64,000 nucleotides of DNA. Source: Ministeria vibrans ATCC 50519 (Eukaryota > Protista > Filasterea). Of the stretch, positions 37,581 through 49,253 are shown in pieces (the stretch's first letter is position 1; every line of letters begins with the position of its first letter). The notes beneath the pieces were generated by a model. It searched no databases, was not told where the DNA came from, and worked only from the letters and a program-made list of their open reading frames with translations. Location of the stretch: positions 246,410-310,409 of the forward strand of contig CALSCP010000313.1 of assembly GCA_943704425.1 (NCBI GenBank), given 5' to 3'. The translations under genes and the position numbers were made by a program.

Positions 37581-39285
37581 TGATGATGATGATGATGATA
37601 CGGGTGTCGGGTTAAACGGTGCGAGTACAAGTGCCAAAGCAGACGCCGCCAAACGAGCCTGGAAGCTGGAGCAGAGTTTGTTGACGAAAAGAAGTCAGCT
37701 GGAGGCTGCTTTGGAACGGCGGTATGAGAAAGAGGAGACGCAACTACGCGCTGCACATGCAGCGCGAATACAAGCACTCCAGGAGACAGAGCAGGAGAGA
37801 CAGGAGCGGTTGGAGCGTGAGTTGAAGGCAACGATGGACACACACATGTCGGAGTTGCGGCAGGAGCTCGACCGGCAACACGAGACCGAGCTGGCTAGGC
37901 TACGTACAGACCTCCAGGCGCGTCACGAAGAAGCCGCGCAGAAACTGCGACACGCCGTGGAGTTGGTCGAGACGGAGGCAGAACGTGACGCGGAAGCAGC
38001 TGCAGCCGAACGACGGCTCGAGTTGAAAGAGCAGCAAGCGCGTGTGATGCGAGACGACGAAGAAGACTTTCAACGCGCGCGTGAACAGCTCCAGGCGAAC
38101 AATGCCGAACAGTTGGCAAAGGTGCGCAGTGAGGGAGAGACGCAGATGCGTCAAGAACGTGAACGGGTCGAGAAAGAGCTCAAGAGCCTCGTGGATGAGT
38201 ACGAGAAGGAGGTGGCGGAGACGCATGAGCACCTTGGGCGACTGCGGAGTGATCGAGAGAAGCGTGAACGTTCATTTGCGGCGCGACGAAAGGAGATTGA
38301 CGGGGAACTGGAAGCAATGAGTGCTCGATTAAACGCACTCAAGGGGCGCCACGGAGATGCGTTGCAGGATGGCGCAGGTGACGCGACATCGCAATCGAAG
38401 CGAGAGCACCAAATAAGAACATGTGCCGAGCTACGTGAGCAACGGAGCCATGCCGAGCGCGAGACGCTCACGGCGAACATGGAACAACCACAGCAGAAGC
38501 TGCAAGAGCAAGAGGATATTGAGGTTGAGGGTGGTCCAGACGTTGTACGGAAATCAACAATGTTGTCGATGCACGGTGCGCATGTATCGCCCATGAAGAT
38601 GCGAGACTTGCGTGCCGGCTCGACCACGGACGGCAGCGACGCCAGTACTGACATCGCGACTGCTGCGCCGCCTGGCGTTACCAAGTCGGCAACGCCACCA
38701 CCACGGGGCAATTTCAAGCGGCAGCACCATCGTGAGGCGTTTATGTTAAGCTCGAGTGAGCTCGAGGACAACAATATCGATAGCAATGACGGAGATTCTG
38801 TTTTGTCCTCGAGTAGCGGTATCGTGAAAAATAATAATAATAATTATAAAAATTAATAATTATATTTTCTAATCAGTATTGTTATTAAACTAACAATAAT
38901 TATATTATAGCCCTTCTTCTTCTAATAATAATTATTATTCTTATAAAATAATAATTATTATTATTAATAATTATTTTTTGTTATCATTAATAATAATATT
39001 ATTATTATTATTATTGCTTTTTTTTGACATTGAGTGAACTCTTATTCGAATTCGAATTCTCTTATTTATTTATTATTTCTTTTCTCGTAGAACTTTGTGC
39101 AGTTGACAGAAGGTTTCTTTCGGTGAAACTGCGACACAGCCAAGCGTTTGCGTTTTTGGAGCGAAACCGCGGCCGTATGGGCACAAGTGGTCAGCGTATC
39201 CGTAACGAAAGCAGAGAGCCAAGTCGACGACAGGAGGATCGTCTTGGCATGGACAGTGATGAAAGCGATTTGCTTGATGATGATA

Positions 39286-39319
<34 letters not shown>

Positions 39320-39802
39320 CATTGTGAGCAGTCTCCGTAGTAGCAGTTTGAGCAGCGCTAACAGCTGCAATTACTCGATTGGCGCAGGCGACTTGTCGTC
39401 ACTTGATGACTCAAGCTCGTCCACGTCCACACTGACTGCAGTAAATATGCGCTTTTCTGACTATGTCCCCCCCTTGTTGACGCATACATTAAATGGTGCT
39501 GCTATCACGCGCAAGTAAGCATTGTCATACATTGTTATTGGTATTGTTTTTTTATTGTTATTGTCATTGTTTTTATTATTCCAAAAATATAAAAATATAA
39601 TTATTATTATTATTATTATTAATCTTTCGCGATTCTTAGTCATGCAAAGATGGGATCGCGTGGCCTTTACACGTCACAAGCGCCCGTACATCCTGTCGAT
39701 GGATTTGCTTTGCGACAGCGAGAAACGGCGGCATTACTGGCCAATCACTCCCGTTGGCTCTCGTCTATGCGACAGTCGCTCAGTGTCGCTTCGCGCCGAT
39801 AA
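36369..39802 (+). CDS. CEP164: Centriolar distal appendage protein CEP164-like (WW + coiled coil)
   Basis: [21 protein letters not shown]...[20 protein letters not shown]...[17 protein letters not shown]; long coiled coil; last exon LLANHSRWL...RR*. Confidence 0.88.
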
Positions 39803-40248
39803 GAACCATATTGAAAGTATAAATATATTAAATTATTATACTAGAGGGGATAGGGATATATTGGTGTTGTTGTGAAATGTTGTCTGGTGATTGCCTGTTG
39901 TAGCCAAATGACAAAAGCCAAAAATCTGAAGACAAAAGTGAAATGATTAACTTGAGTACTTGACATTATTTCTCACACACACAATTTTTCTTACCTTACA
40001 CTGTCGCGTCGTACTGTGCGCATCTGCTCCCAGGCACCCATTCTTGGCTGTGCGCAGGAACCAGGATGGACGACGATGCGCGATCCCGGTCATCCAGTGG
40101 TACGCGTCATGTCACTCGAACGGGTCTCTGCATCTCCTTGACGTGTGTCTGCTCGTCCAACCGGCATCGCCCGATATCTTTTATGGACGCCGAATGACTT
40201 AAGACTGGCTCGTTTTACCAGACGATTGTGCACAGGCGAACTTGGGTG

Positions 40249-40295
<47 letters not shown>

Positions 40296-40603
40296 CACAA
40301 ACTTCTAACAAACACCAAACAAATCCGTTAGTTCCAAATTTCGTCGCGGGCTAACGCAGTTTGCTGCTAATACGGCATGTTCTTTGCAGTACGCACATTC
40401 AATGTAGAATGGATCATGGGAAATGATGAATTATGGGCTTGAGGGTCGTGGCATACCCCCTTTGTTATGCTTTACTTATTCTGATTGATTTAACTGAAGC
40501 CTTCTTCATCCATCGCCGCTGAACGATGATCCCCTAGTAAACCCCTAGTTAACTACTTAACTTTTCGTCACTGGCAGTCTTTTTTAGGCATACACAGAAG
40601 ATC

Positions 40604-42526
40604 ATGCGTCTGCGTATTGTCACTCTTCTTCTTCATCTTCTTCTTCTTGCGGGCGTCTGCTATGCGCGTCTTCCTTGCGAAATGCGAGAGTGTAGAAGAT
40701 ACGACGGCAACAACGTTGTCAGCACGTATGTTTGCGCGCAAACTATTTCACCTCACGATTGTCCAACGTTGGCAAAGGCAGATTGTACATGTTCCTGCGA
40801 CGACGATGCAGTAACTGTTTCGTTGGATTGCAAACAGCCTTTTCCAAACACCAAAAATGCGACGAATGGTGAATGCATGGTCACTTATTGGAACGATCAC
40901 GAGTTCACTCGTTTTGCATCTGATACTGAGGTGGTCCCGAACGGAGGTTGTGGCTATGTCGTGTATCGATCACTCTGTGTCGTTCCTGTTCCACCAGTTC
41001 CTGCGACTCCAGCTGTTCGTAGCACCTCCTTGACGAGCGTAACAATTCAAGTGCACCCTATTCCTCTGCCGAACCGACTCTTCGTGCAGGCAACCTCGGC
41101 CAGTACGTTTGCCCATCCGTTCGACACGGCCTTGCCGGAAAATATCGAAGCTTTGATTCCAAGTCCAGACAATGTTAACGACACATCACCTTCGAATTTT
41201 GTTGTGGTTCATTTGGAAGCAGGAACCCACTATAAGCTACGACTCCTCGCTGCACCAAGTTCCACCGCTGTCACATACACGGTCAAACTGAGCGAGACTG
41301 TTGAGTTTAACACTCGCCCTGCCCCAGTGATCTCTCAAGAGACCGTGACGGGCCTTGTCGGCTTCAGTGGTGTCCTTGTGCTCATTATTATGATCATGGG
41401 CACCACGATGGTGCGCGCTGCCTGGAAACGTCACAGCTCACAGCTGACGGACCAGCTGGAGGAGTTTAAGCAAGGTATTGCGATCGAAGAGGATTCGATT
41501 GAAATCTCAACGGCACTGGGGGCGGGAGCGGGAGGCACAGTGTTCCTTGGCACGTGGGGCGGCATTAAAGTCGCTGTCAAAAGCCTCCATGCCAACAGCT
41601 TGGAGCCGATGACGGGGGACGCATCGCGCGAGTACGAGGCCATGCTGTCCATTCGATGCCCGCACATTGTGCTCTTTCACGGCGTCACCACCCTGCAAGG
41701 CCGCCATGCGCTCGTCGTGGAATTCATGGAACATGGAGCGCTCTTTAGCGTTCTTCATGCCTTTGATGACGAAGGAAATCGTATCGAGAACAAGCATCCG
41801 CTGCGCCAGGGTCTCAGTGACACGGTGAAGCTGCGCTGGCTCCTCCACACCGCCCGAGGCCTCCAGTACCTCCATTCCCACAAGCGCATTCACCGAGACA
41901 TCAAGTCCGACAACATTCTCATCAACGCAGGTGGCATCGCCAAGCTGGCTGATTTTGGTACATCCCGGCCGCTGTACGATGGCGAAGCATTGCAAACGAC
42001 CAACACAAACGTCCGCGACGTCGGTGTCCGTCGCACCAACAACGACGAGCGCCGACCTCTGCTCGGCGATGTGGAGCTTGCGACTGTTGCAGGTACTAGT
42101 AGCACTGCGGCTGGTACACCAAGCAATGCGTCATCTCTCTTCAACGCTCGGATTCAGGGGTTGCAGACTCGCGATGTGGGCACGTCACTCTACATGGCTC
42201 CCGAGATGATGTCCAATTCGACGAAATACCGCAACAAGGCGGTATACAGTCAAGCATGCGACATCTACTCGTTTGCCCTTGTCATGTACGAGTGTTTTTC
42301 CGAGGCTCTCCCGTTTAGTGCTGCTCCGCAGATCAAATCTGTCTGGGGAATTGAAGCGTGGGTGTTTTACCCGCTCGTCGTTGATCAACATCTCCGCCCC
42401 ACAGAGCCTTCCTCTGCCACCCCCGATCAACTTGCTTTTATCCGTCGTTGCTGGGCAAGCAAATCAAAAACCCGCCCTTCCGCTGACAAGGTGTGCTCTT
42501 TTCTTTCCGACCAACTCAATGAATAA
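40604..42526 (+). CDS. Intronless single-pass receptor-like TKL Ser/Thr kinase
   Basis: Signal peptide, Cys-rich then FN3-like ectodomain, TM (LVGFSGVLVLIIMIMG), GAGAGG, VAVK, HRDIKSDN, DFG, GTSLYMAPE. Confidence 0.9.
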   Translation: MRLRIVTLLLHLLLLAGVCYARLPCEMRECRRYDGNNVVSTYVCAQTISPHDCPTLAKADCTCSCDDDAVTVSLDCKQPFPNTKNATNGECMVTYWNDHEFTRFASDTEVVPNGGCGYVVYRSLCVVPVPPVPATPAVRSTSLTSVTIQVHPIPLPNRLFVQATSASTFAHPFDTALPENIEALIPSPDNVNDTSPSNFVVVHLEAGTHYKLRLLAAPSSTAVTYTVKLSETVEFNTRPAPVISQETVTGLVGFSGVLVLIIMIMGTTMVRAAWKRHSSQLTDQLEEFKQGIAIEEDSIEISTALGAGAGGTVFLGTWGGIKVAVKSLHANSLEPMTGDASREYEAMLSIRCPHIVLFHGVTTLQGRHALVVEFMEHGALFSVLHAFDDEGNRIENKHPLRQGLSDTVKLRWLLHTARGLQYLHSHKRIHRDIKSDNILINAGGIAKLADFGTSRPLYDGEALQTTNTNVRDVGVRRTNNDERRPLLGDVELATVAGTSSTAAGTPSNASSLFNARIQGLQTRDVGTSLYMAPEMMSNSTKYRNKAVYSQACDIYSFALVMYECFSEALPFSAAPQIKSVWGIEAWVFYPLVVDQHLRPTEPSSATPDQLAFIRRCWASKSKTRPSADKVCSFLSDQLNE

Positions 42527-42563
42527 GAACAAAAACAAATTATTTTCAATCAATACTTTTTGG

Positions 42564-42935
42564 CAGAGCCTGGTGTCCCTCCCCAGGCAGGGATATGGTG
42601 CATCTGGTGCCTAACGCGTCACTTGTCTAACCATCAGCATTCAGCCAACCTGTCTCCGCTCCGGTGCTCCCTCTCAACGCTCCTGTCGCTTAGAAAGTGC
42701 TTCTGAGCTGTTTGTGTTGTGGCTTTGGAGTCACTTATTGTGATTGATAATTTTAGCCCTTGTGCTGACAGAGCCTTATGTCCCTCTCAGGATATGTGTA
42801 TCTGGTGCCTATCGCATCACTTGTCTGGCCATCATCCAACCTGTTTCCGATTTCTTTCGAGGCTTCCGTAGCTAGAAAGTGGTTCTGAGCTGTTTGTGTT
42901 GTCGCTTTTCGCACTTTTCGTTCGTGATTGATAAT
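42564..42935. repeat. Diverged non-coding tandem duplication (units 42564-42751 and 42769-42935)
   Basis: Collinear shared blocks CAGAGCCT, GTCCCTC, GGATATG, TCTGGTGCCTA, CACTTGTCT, CCAACCTGT, TAGAAAGTG, TTCTGAGCTGTTTGTGTTGT, GTGATTGATAAT. Confidence 0.9.
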
Positions 42936-43010
42936 AAATTGGAAATCTTATTATTTTTATAATTTTTTATATAACAACGCAAGGCGTCGTCGTCTCTCCA
43001 ATCGTATCTG

Positions 43011-43371
43011 ATGTCACGCGTCCAACGAGCGCTGGATGCGGTGAACCGCTTCATGCCGCGCGTTGCCCTCAACACGCTCCAGCCAGCAGTGCCCAAGAAG
43101 AAGAAGCAGCGCGTGGGCCGCGGCATCGGCTCGGGCCGTGGCCTTGCATCCGGCAGAGGCAACCGTGGGGGCTGGGGAAAGCGGCACGGGAAAGCGCGAG
43201 CGGGATTCACCGGAGGCGAAGTACAGTTCTGGAGAGCACTCCCCAAACACGGCTTTCGCACAAAGTAAGTGCGTCTGCCCGCCAGGCGATAGGCGTGTCC
43301 ATTGACCGTGCTAGACGATTGTCGTGCGTCTTTGGCGCCACAATTCTTCCTTCTTTGCATTTCATGCGACA

Positions 43372-43402
<31 letters not shown>

Positions 43403-44144
43403 CTGTCTGTCTGTCTGTCTCTCTTTTCTCTCCTTCACTCTGCTCACGCTCGCTCCGCCTCTCTTTGCAGACTGCCCGACCTGCATACAGTGAACCTAGG
43501 CAAGCTACAGCAATGGATTGACACGCGGCGCATCGACGCGCGCGGCACCATCGACATGTACGCACTGAACAAGTCAGGCATATGCGGACGCATCAAGTAC
43601 GGCGTCAAGCTGCTGGGCGACGGCAAGGAACGCTTTACGCACAAGATCAACATTGAGGTGTCGCAGGCAAGCACCTCAGCGATTGCTTCGATCGAAGCAC
43701 TCGGTGGCACTGTCAAAGCCGTCTACTACAACCGGTAAGTGCACACACACATCCTGCCCAGCCTTTGAGCGTTGCTGAGGCTGCTTTGCACACACAGATT
43801 GTCGTTGCGTGCCCTCTTGAAGCCACACAAGTTTGTGCAATTACCTCACAAAGCGGCGCCTCTCATTCGTCGTCATCGTCTCTACTACTCTGATCCCGAG
43901 AAGCGGTAAGGAAGAAAAAGAACCAAAACCAGCGAAGAGCGCTCATTTGAATGTTCTTCTCTCTCTTTTTTCTCTTTCTCTCTTTCTCCTTTTCTCACTC
44001 CATTGCATCATTGACAGTGGTTATCTGGCGAGCGATGAAGAAATTGCAGAAGCACGAGCGCGTCTTGCGGAGGAGGTGCGTGCGTCGCGGATGGCGGCTG
44101 TCGACAAGGACCGCACACTGCCGCCAAGCAACCAGGACGTCTGA
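43011..44144 (+). CDS. MRPL15: Mitochondrial ribosomal protein uL15m
   Basis: RVGRGIGSGRG, GFTGGE...PKHGF, GVKLLGDG, IEVSQAS, YYSDPEKRGYL. Confidence 0.93.
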
Positions 44145-44344
44145 AGCTCCCCCCCCCCCTTTCTCTCTCTCTCCTCTGTCTATGTGTAACAATTAAAACA
44201 AAAAGTCGCCGCAAGCGACTGACCCATGACGAAGAGATGTGAGAGAGACTGAGGCCACTCTCAGCCTCTCCATGAGATCCAAACAAAGGAGTAGGGCGAA
44301 ATATCTATTATTATTTATTATTATATTAATTATTGTAGTTTTGG

Positions 44345-45323
44345 ATGGAGTTTGTCCAAGTCATGCTCTTTGGAGTGTTCCTGCTTGCGTGCAGTGCCCT
44401 CATTACACACCAAATTCGCAAAATCGTTTTGACTGCGCAAAGAATACGACGCAATGACCCAAAGGCAGTGGCGGAACAACGCGCCCGCAGCGGTACACAC
44501 ACGGAACTTTGTATTGCCATTGGCGACACGGCTTGACCGAACATATATCTCCCGCTTTGTGTAGAAAAGTTCGGCGAGAAGAGAGACGAAGCTTACTTTG
44601 CCGCACAGCTGTCGACCAACGAAAAGGTACGCCTCTCCTCTCCTCCCTGCATCCCTCTCATTCCCTGCTTCCTTGATTTTTCAGGCCTCTGTGCGCAAGG
44701 AACGCGAAAAGGAACAGATGCAGACGAAACTGGTGCAGTACGAGCGGATATTGCAACGTCTGCAAAAGGGCACTTCGCCGTCGGGAGTCGAGTCGTCCTC
44801 TGCATCGTCCTCGGGCGCTCCCTCTTCGTCGTCAGCGGGTCGTTTGCGCCGTCGAACCGTTGCACAGCCTGTCGAGGAAGAGGAGACGCCCGCAGAGCGC
44901 AAAGCGCGCATTGCATTGCAAGAGGCACGATCCCTGCGCGAAATGCAAGACGCCGAGTTTGCCCTGTCGCTGGCACGCGACCAACAACGAAGCAAGCTGG
45001 AGGCGGAACGAGAGGAGCGTGCAGAGAAGGCAGAGTTGCTGCGCATAGCAAAGGAGGCGTCGCTGCCGCCCGAGCCCGACCTGAGCTGGCCAGGGGTGGT
45101 CACGGTGCGTCTGCAGTGTCCGCACAACAAACGACACCAGCGACGCTTCGACAACCAGGTACCATGTCAGCTGATCATCGATTGGGCGTGGGCGCTAGGC
45201 TACCCGTCAGATACGTATGGTATCTACACGCGCATCCCACGGCACCCCCTCACTCCCGAGGCTTCGCTGGAGCTCGCCAACTTTGTCCCCGCTGTCAATC
45301 TGCACCTTGAAGAGCGCTTCTAG
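44345..45323 (+). CDS. N-terminal TM, coiled-coil and UBX domain protein (UBXN8/FAF-like p97 adaptor)
   Basis: LREMQDAEFALSLARD, LPPEPD, VRLQCPHNKRHQRRF, TRIPR; hydrophobic N-terminus; three exons. Confidence 0.8.
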
Positions 45324-45377
45324 TCCCTGTGCGTTGTATAACCGATAAATAAAATAGAGAGAGGGGGGGCTGTCTGT

Positions 45378-47044
45378 TTATTGAAGGAGATAGTGAATCA
45401 TGGCGGAGGCGGAGTGCGGGTCGTACTGCACGCCACCGGCCATATCCATGAAGCCCGTGCCCAGGGCCAGGGTCGGCTTGACGAGGGAGATGCCAAAGAG
45501 AGAGGGAATGCGAAGAGCGGGCATGAGAGCGTTGAAGGCGGGCGGGATGACCGACTTGCACACCTTCTCGACCAGGATGTTGAGCAAGCCAATGTCGAGA
45601 TGGCCCACCTCGGACGAGACAAGGGTGACGTTGCAGGCAAGGGAGACCATGCGCAGCGACACAGACGAGTTGGTGGGCGTCGTGCTGTTGATGTGAGGCA
45701 GAAGAACGAGGGAGGCGCCGGCGCCCAGGCTGAAGGCTGGCGTTGGAATGAGGGCTGTGCTGGTGTTGGACGGAACCAAGACGGTTGCGTTGACAAGACC
45801 ATTGATGGCCAGCTGGAGGCCGGCAGGCGATGCCTTGATGAGAGGGGCGTTGCGTGCGGCCAGCGACAGCGTCATGTTGTCGTTGGGGTACATGTCGTAC
45901 ATCTTGGGCACAATGTGCTTAAATGTTGCCGTGTTGAGCAGCGTTGAGTTGGCACCCAGCATGCTGTTGGTCACGTTAAGCGCAATCACCCCCTGCTCAA
46001 AGTACACGCTCGACGCACAGTTGAGCACATAGTCGCTGAGGAGAAGATGTACGGGCAGCGCCGTGTGAGGCATGGGCAACGTGCCGGGCTGCCACGGACA
46101 CGGCGCCGGGTGCTGACGGTCCTGGAACAATCCCCGCAGCGCAATGGTGAAGTTGGACAGGTCAGCGGCGTATGTGGGCGGTGCCAGCATCGACATGTCG
46201 ATGGTGACGCTCTTGAAGGGCACGACCACGTTGAGCTTGGCCAGTGCGCCCTCCACCACGTTGTTCACGAGGTTCTCCACGACCTTGGGGCCGTCCTTTT
46301 TGATCGCGTGCTCAATCAACGGACGGAACAGTCCCTCCAGCGTGTTGTAGATCCACGAAACTTTGCCGTGGAACTTGATTTTGATCTTGTGCACGCTCAC
46401 CTTGACGTCGCCCGTCGTGTGCACGGTCGGACGTCCATTCGACTCGCCCACAAGCATGCCAAACGAACAGCTGAACCCTTCCATGTCGATGTCCATCGAG
46501 CCATGGTCAGAAATGTGCAGGCCGTGCTTTTCCTTCCAGTGGTAGTCGGCGGACGCTACACCGAGATCGAGAAGGATTGACATTGCACGATTGAGTGAGG
46601 ACATGATAAAAATGACCTTGAAAAACAATTCTCTCTCTCGTTCACACAAGCACCATTTTGAGGCGTACCTTTAACAGTCGCTGAAAAGTCCTCGGAGAGA
46701 CCGCCAGCAATGATCTTGGTCGCGGGCGGACCGGACATTTCAATGGACGACAGTTTGATGTTGGACAATGTCCACAGAATTTGGCCCACAGGAGTGTGCG
46801 CGTCGCCTGACTGGTCGGGCACTTGGACAGACGGCAGCAGCTTCTCTGCGACGACCTGCACAAGCGTGTCGAGTTCGTCTAGGAAGCTGGCGAGAGACGC
46901 AGTTGAGTTTTTTCTTCTTCTTCACAGACTGTCGCAATCGCACCTCTGACCAATCACAGCTTCAAAGCCCGGAGTGATTTCGGCATTGGATGGCGCTGCA
47001 TAAATTGCAAGTACAGCAAGGAGCACGGCAGTGGAGAGCTTCAT
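45378..47044 (-). CDS. Secreted BPI/LBP/CETP-family lipid-binding protein
   Basis: Signal peptide MKLSTAVLLAVLAIYA; IKFHGKVSWIYNTL, LLLSDYVLN, IVPKMYDMYPN; two-domain length. Confidence 0.85.
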
Positions 47045-47274
47045 TTAAAGGAATTAATTTGATGAATATAACTAAAAAAAAGATCAATAAAGAATAAATT
47101 TGCAAATCGCAATTCTTCCGCCACACACAGCCTCTCTTTCACTCACTCACTCACACACACACACAAAGGGTGTTTTCACTGTTTTGTTTTCACAGTCCCA
47201 AAACTCACAAGAATGTTTAATCTTTAGCTATAAGATAATACATTGAATGTTTATGTTTTCGGCGTACAATTAAT

Positions 47275-49007
47275 TCACCACCAGCGCTTCTTGCGATCCG
47301 CACTGCGTTCCCTCAATAACCCCAGCACACTGCGCTTCTCGGCAGGTGAGAACTCCAAGATGGTCATGAGAGCAGCGGCGAGACGCTCCACTTGATCCGG
47401 CTCACACGCAAACAGTCGCAACAGCACATTCTTTACATACTCCAAATTGACACTTTCGCGTGTCTACAAAAAAAAAGAAAAAAAAAAAAAGGATTGCACA
47501 CAATCAGCACTAAGAACACACGAAGCAGACATAAAACGAACACGCCACAAGATTTTTTTTCTTTTCTTTTTACCTGATTGCGCTCCAGTCTGCGCAGCTC
47601 CTCCTTTAGCAGCACAGTCTGATCATTCAAATGACGTTCGCGCAACTCTGCATCCCGCAGCAACTCCAGTATCTCGTGCAAACGTCGTTCGCCCTCCCGC
47701 ACACGCCCTACCAACACATCCGCGTCCGACGACACCCCTTCCACCTCCACTGCTGCCTCTTCATCTCCTCTTTCTCCCCCTTTCTCCTCCTCCTCCCTCT
47801 CCTCCAGCGCCCTTTCTGCCCCATCTCCCACCAGCACCCCCATTAGCCCTCCTCCACGTCCGCTCGTCCCCACGCGACCCATTCCTCGTCCACCACCACC
47901 ACCACTACCACCACCACCACCATTCTGCATCCCCCTCAACCGCATCAGCTCCCCATCGCGCTCTCGCACCATCTGCAGCGCTCGCTCGCGACTGCGTTGC
48001 AACTGCCGGCGCAACTGCACTGTCTCGCTCTCATGTGCCGCCTTCGTTTCACGCATCTGATCCTCATGCTCACGCTCCATCTGCTCCATTTTCCCCCGCA
48101 ACTCCAACACCAAGTCATGGCTGCTTTCATCCGACTGGCTCTGCGCGCTCACCGTCGTTGCTTCACAGTGTGTCGTTGTCGTCTCACTAACATGCGGCGT
48201 GCTGTTGAGCGTCGCCTGCAGCTGCCGATACCGCTCTTCCGTGGCCATAGCAACCTCGCGCCACTCTGTTGCCGCAAGCACATACTCTGCGGCAGCGGCA
48301 TCCGCAGCACCAGCATCGTGAACAGCTCGTGTGTCGTAGGTGACCGCCTCATTTGACACTTCACCTGCCTCTTCTGCTCGCTCCAGTGTCTCTTCCAAGT
48401 TTCGAATACGCTCCTGATCTACCACACGCTGGCGTTCGTAGTCCCCAACAAGCGTCGACAACTCCGACACGCGCGTCTCCAACTCATCACACTGCCGCTG
48501 TCGCCACTGTGTCTCCGCCAAGCGAGCCTCTCCCGCAACTTCTCCTGCCGCCAAGGGCGCTGCCTCACGTGCCGCTCGCAGATCATGCTCGGTGCGTGCC
48601 AGACGTTCACCGAGAACACTCACCTCGTCGCGTGCCTTTTGCATTTGCTCCAGGTGCTCTTCGGATCGCAACGTAAGCAGCGTTTGCTTGCTCTGCTCGC
48701 TCAGTCGCAACCGTTCTACCTCGGCCAGGAGCTCTTTCTCGCGTTGCACACTCGCCAGACGACTAGCCTCTTTTGCTGCCTTCGACCGAAGCTCTTCGAC
48801 ACTCCGCTGCAACCCATCGATCGTCTGTCTGTCGGCATCTGCGCGCGACAGCATCTTCTTCTTCTCCACGCGATACGCCCCCTCAAGACGCTCCTTCTCC
48901 GCCGTCATGTCCGTCAGCGCCCGTGTCAGTCGAACTACCTGCTCGTTGGACGTCGAATCGCCCTCCTCCTTGCTCTCGTTCGACTCATTCGAGGCAGTTC
49001 TAGACAT
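47275..49007 (-). CDS. GCC1: GRIP-domain golgin, GCC1/GCC88-like
   Basis: Coiled coil with RERALQMVRERDGEL; exon 2 encodes NLEYVKNVLLRLF...LMTILEFSPAE...KRWW* (GRIP). Confidence 0.8.
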
Positions 49008-49253
49008 GGCGTGTCAAAAGAAAAAAGAACATCGCTTAACAGTCGCGTACAGAGCTGCAAGAGACGCCGCAAGTGCATCTTTCTCCTTCTGAAGACCCTT
49101 GTAAGCATGTATTAAGTCCCGTAATCGTGTATCATGTCTAGACATGGTCAAAATATATTTTTGTGAGAATGAGTAAATGATGACTGTTTTTTAGATTTTA
49201 GACGTTAATCGTAAAAATTCATATTATTTTGTTTTTTTCTCTCACCTTACAAT

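Noticed and set aside
40423-40497. ATGATGA...CTGA resembling a C/D snoRNA
   Set aside because: No convincing terminal stem and no rRNA-complementary guide that I could recognise; such short boxes arise by chance.
42553-42566. ATACTTTTTGGCAG resembling the U1 snRNA 5' end
   Set aside because: Lacks ACTTACCTG and the U1 loop motifs, and is absent from the second copy.
42688-42708. Hairpin loop resembling an iron-responsive element
   Set aside because: The loop lacks the 5' C of CAGUGN and there is no C bulge.
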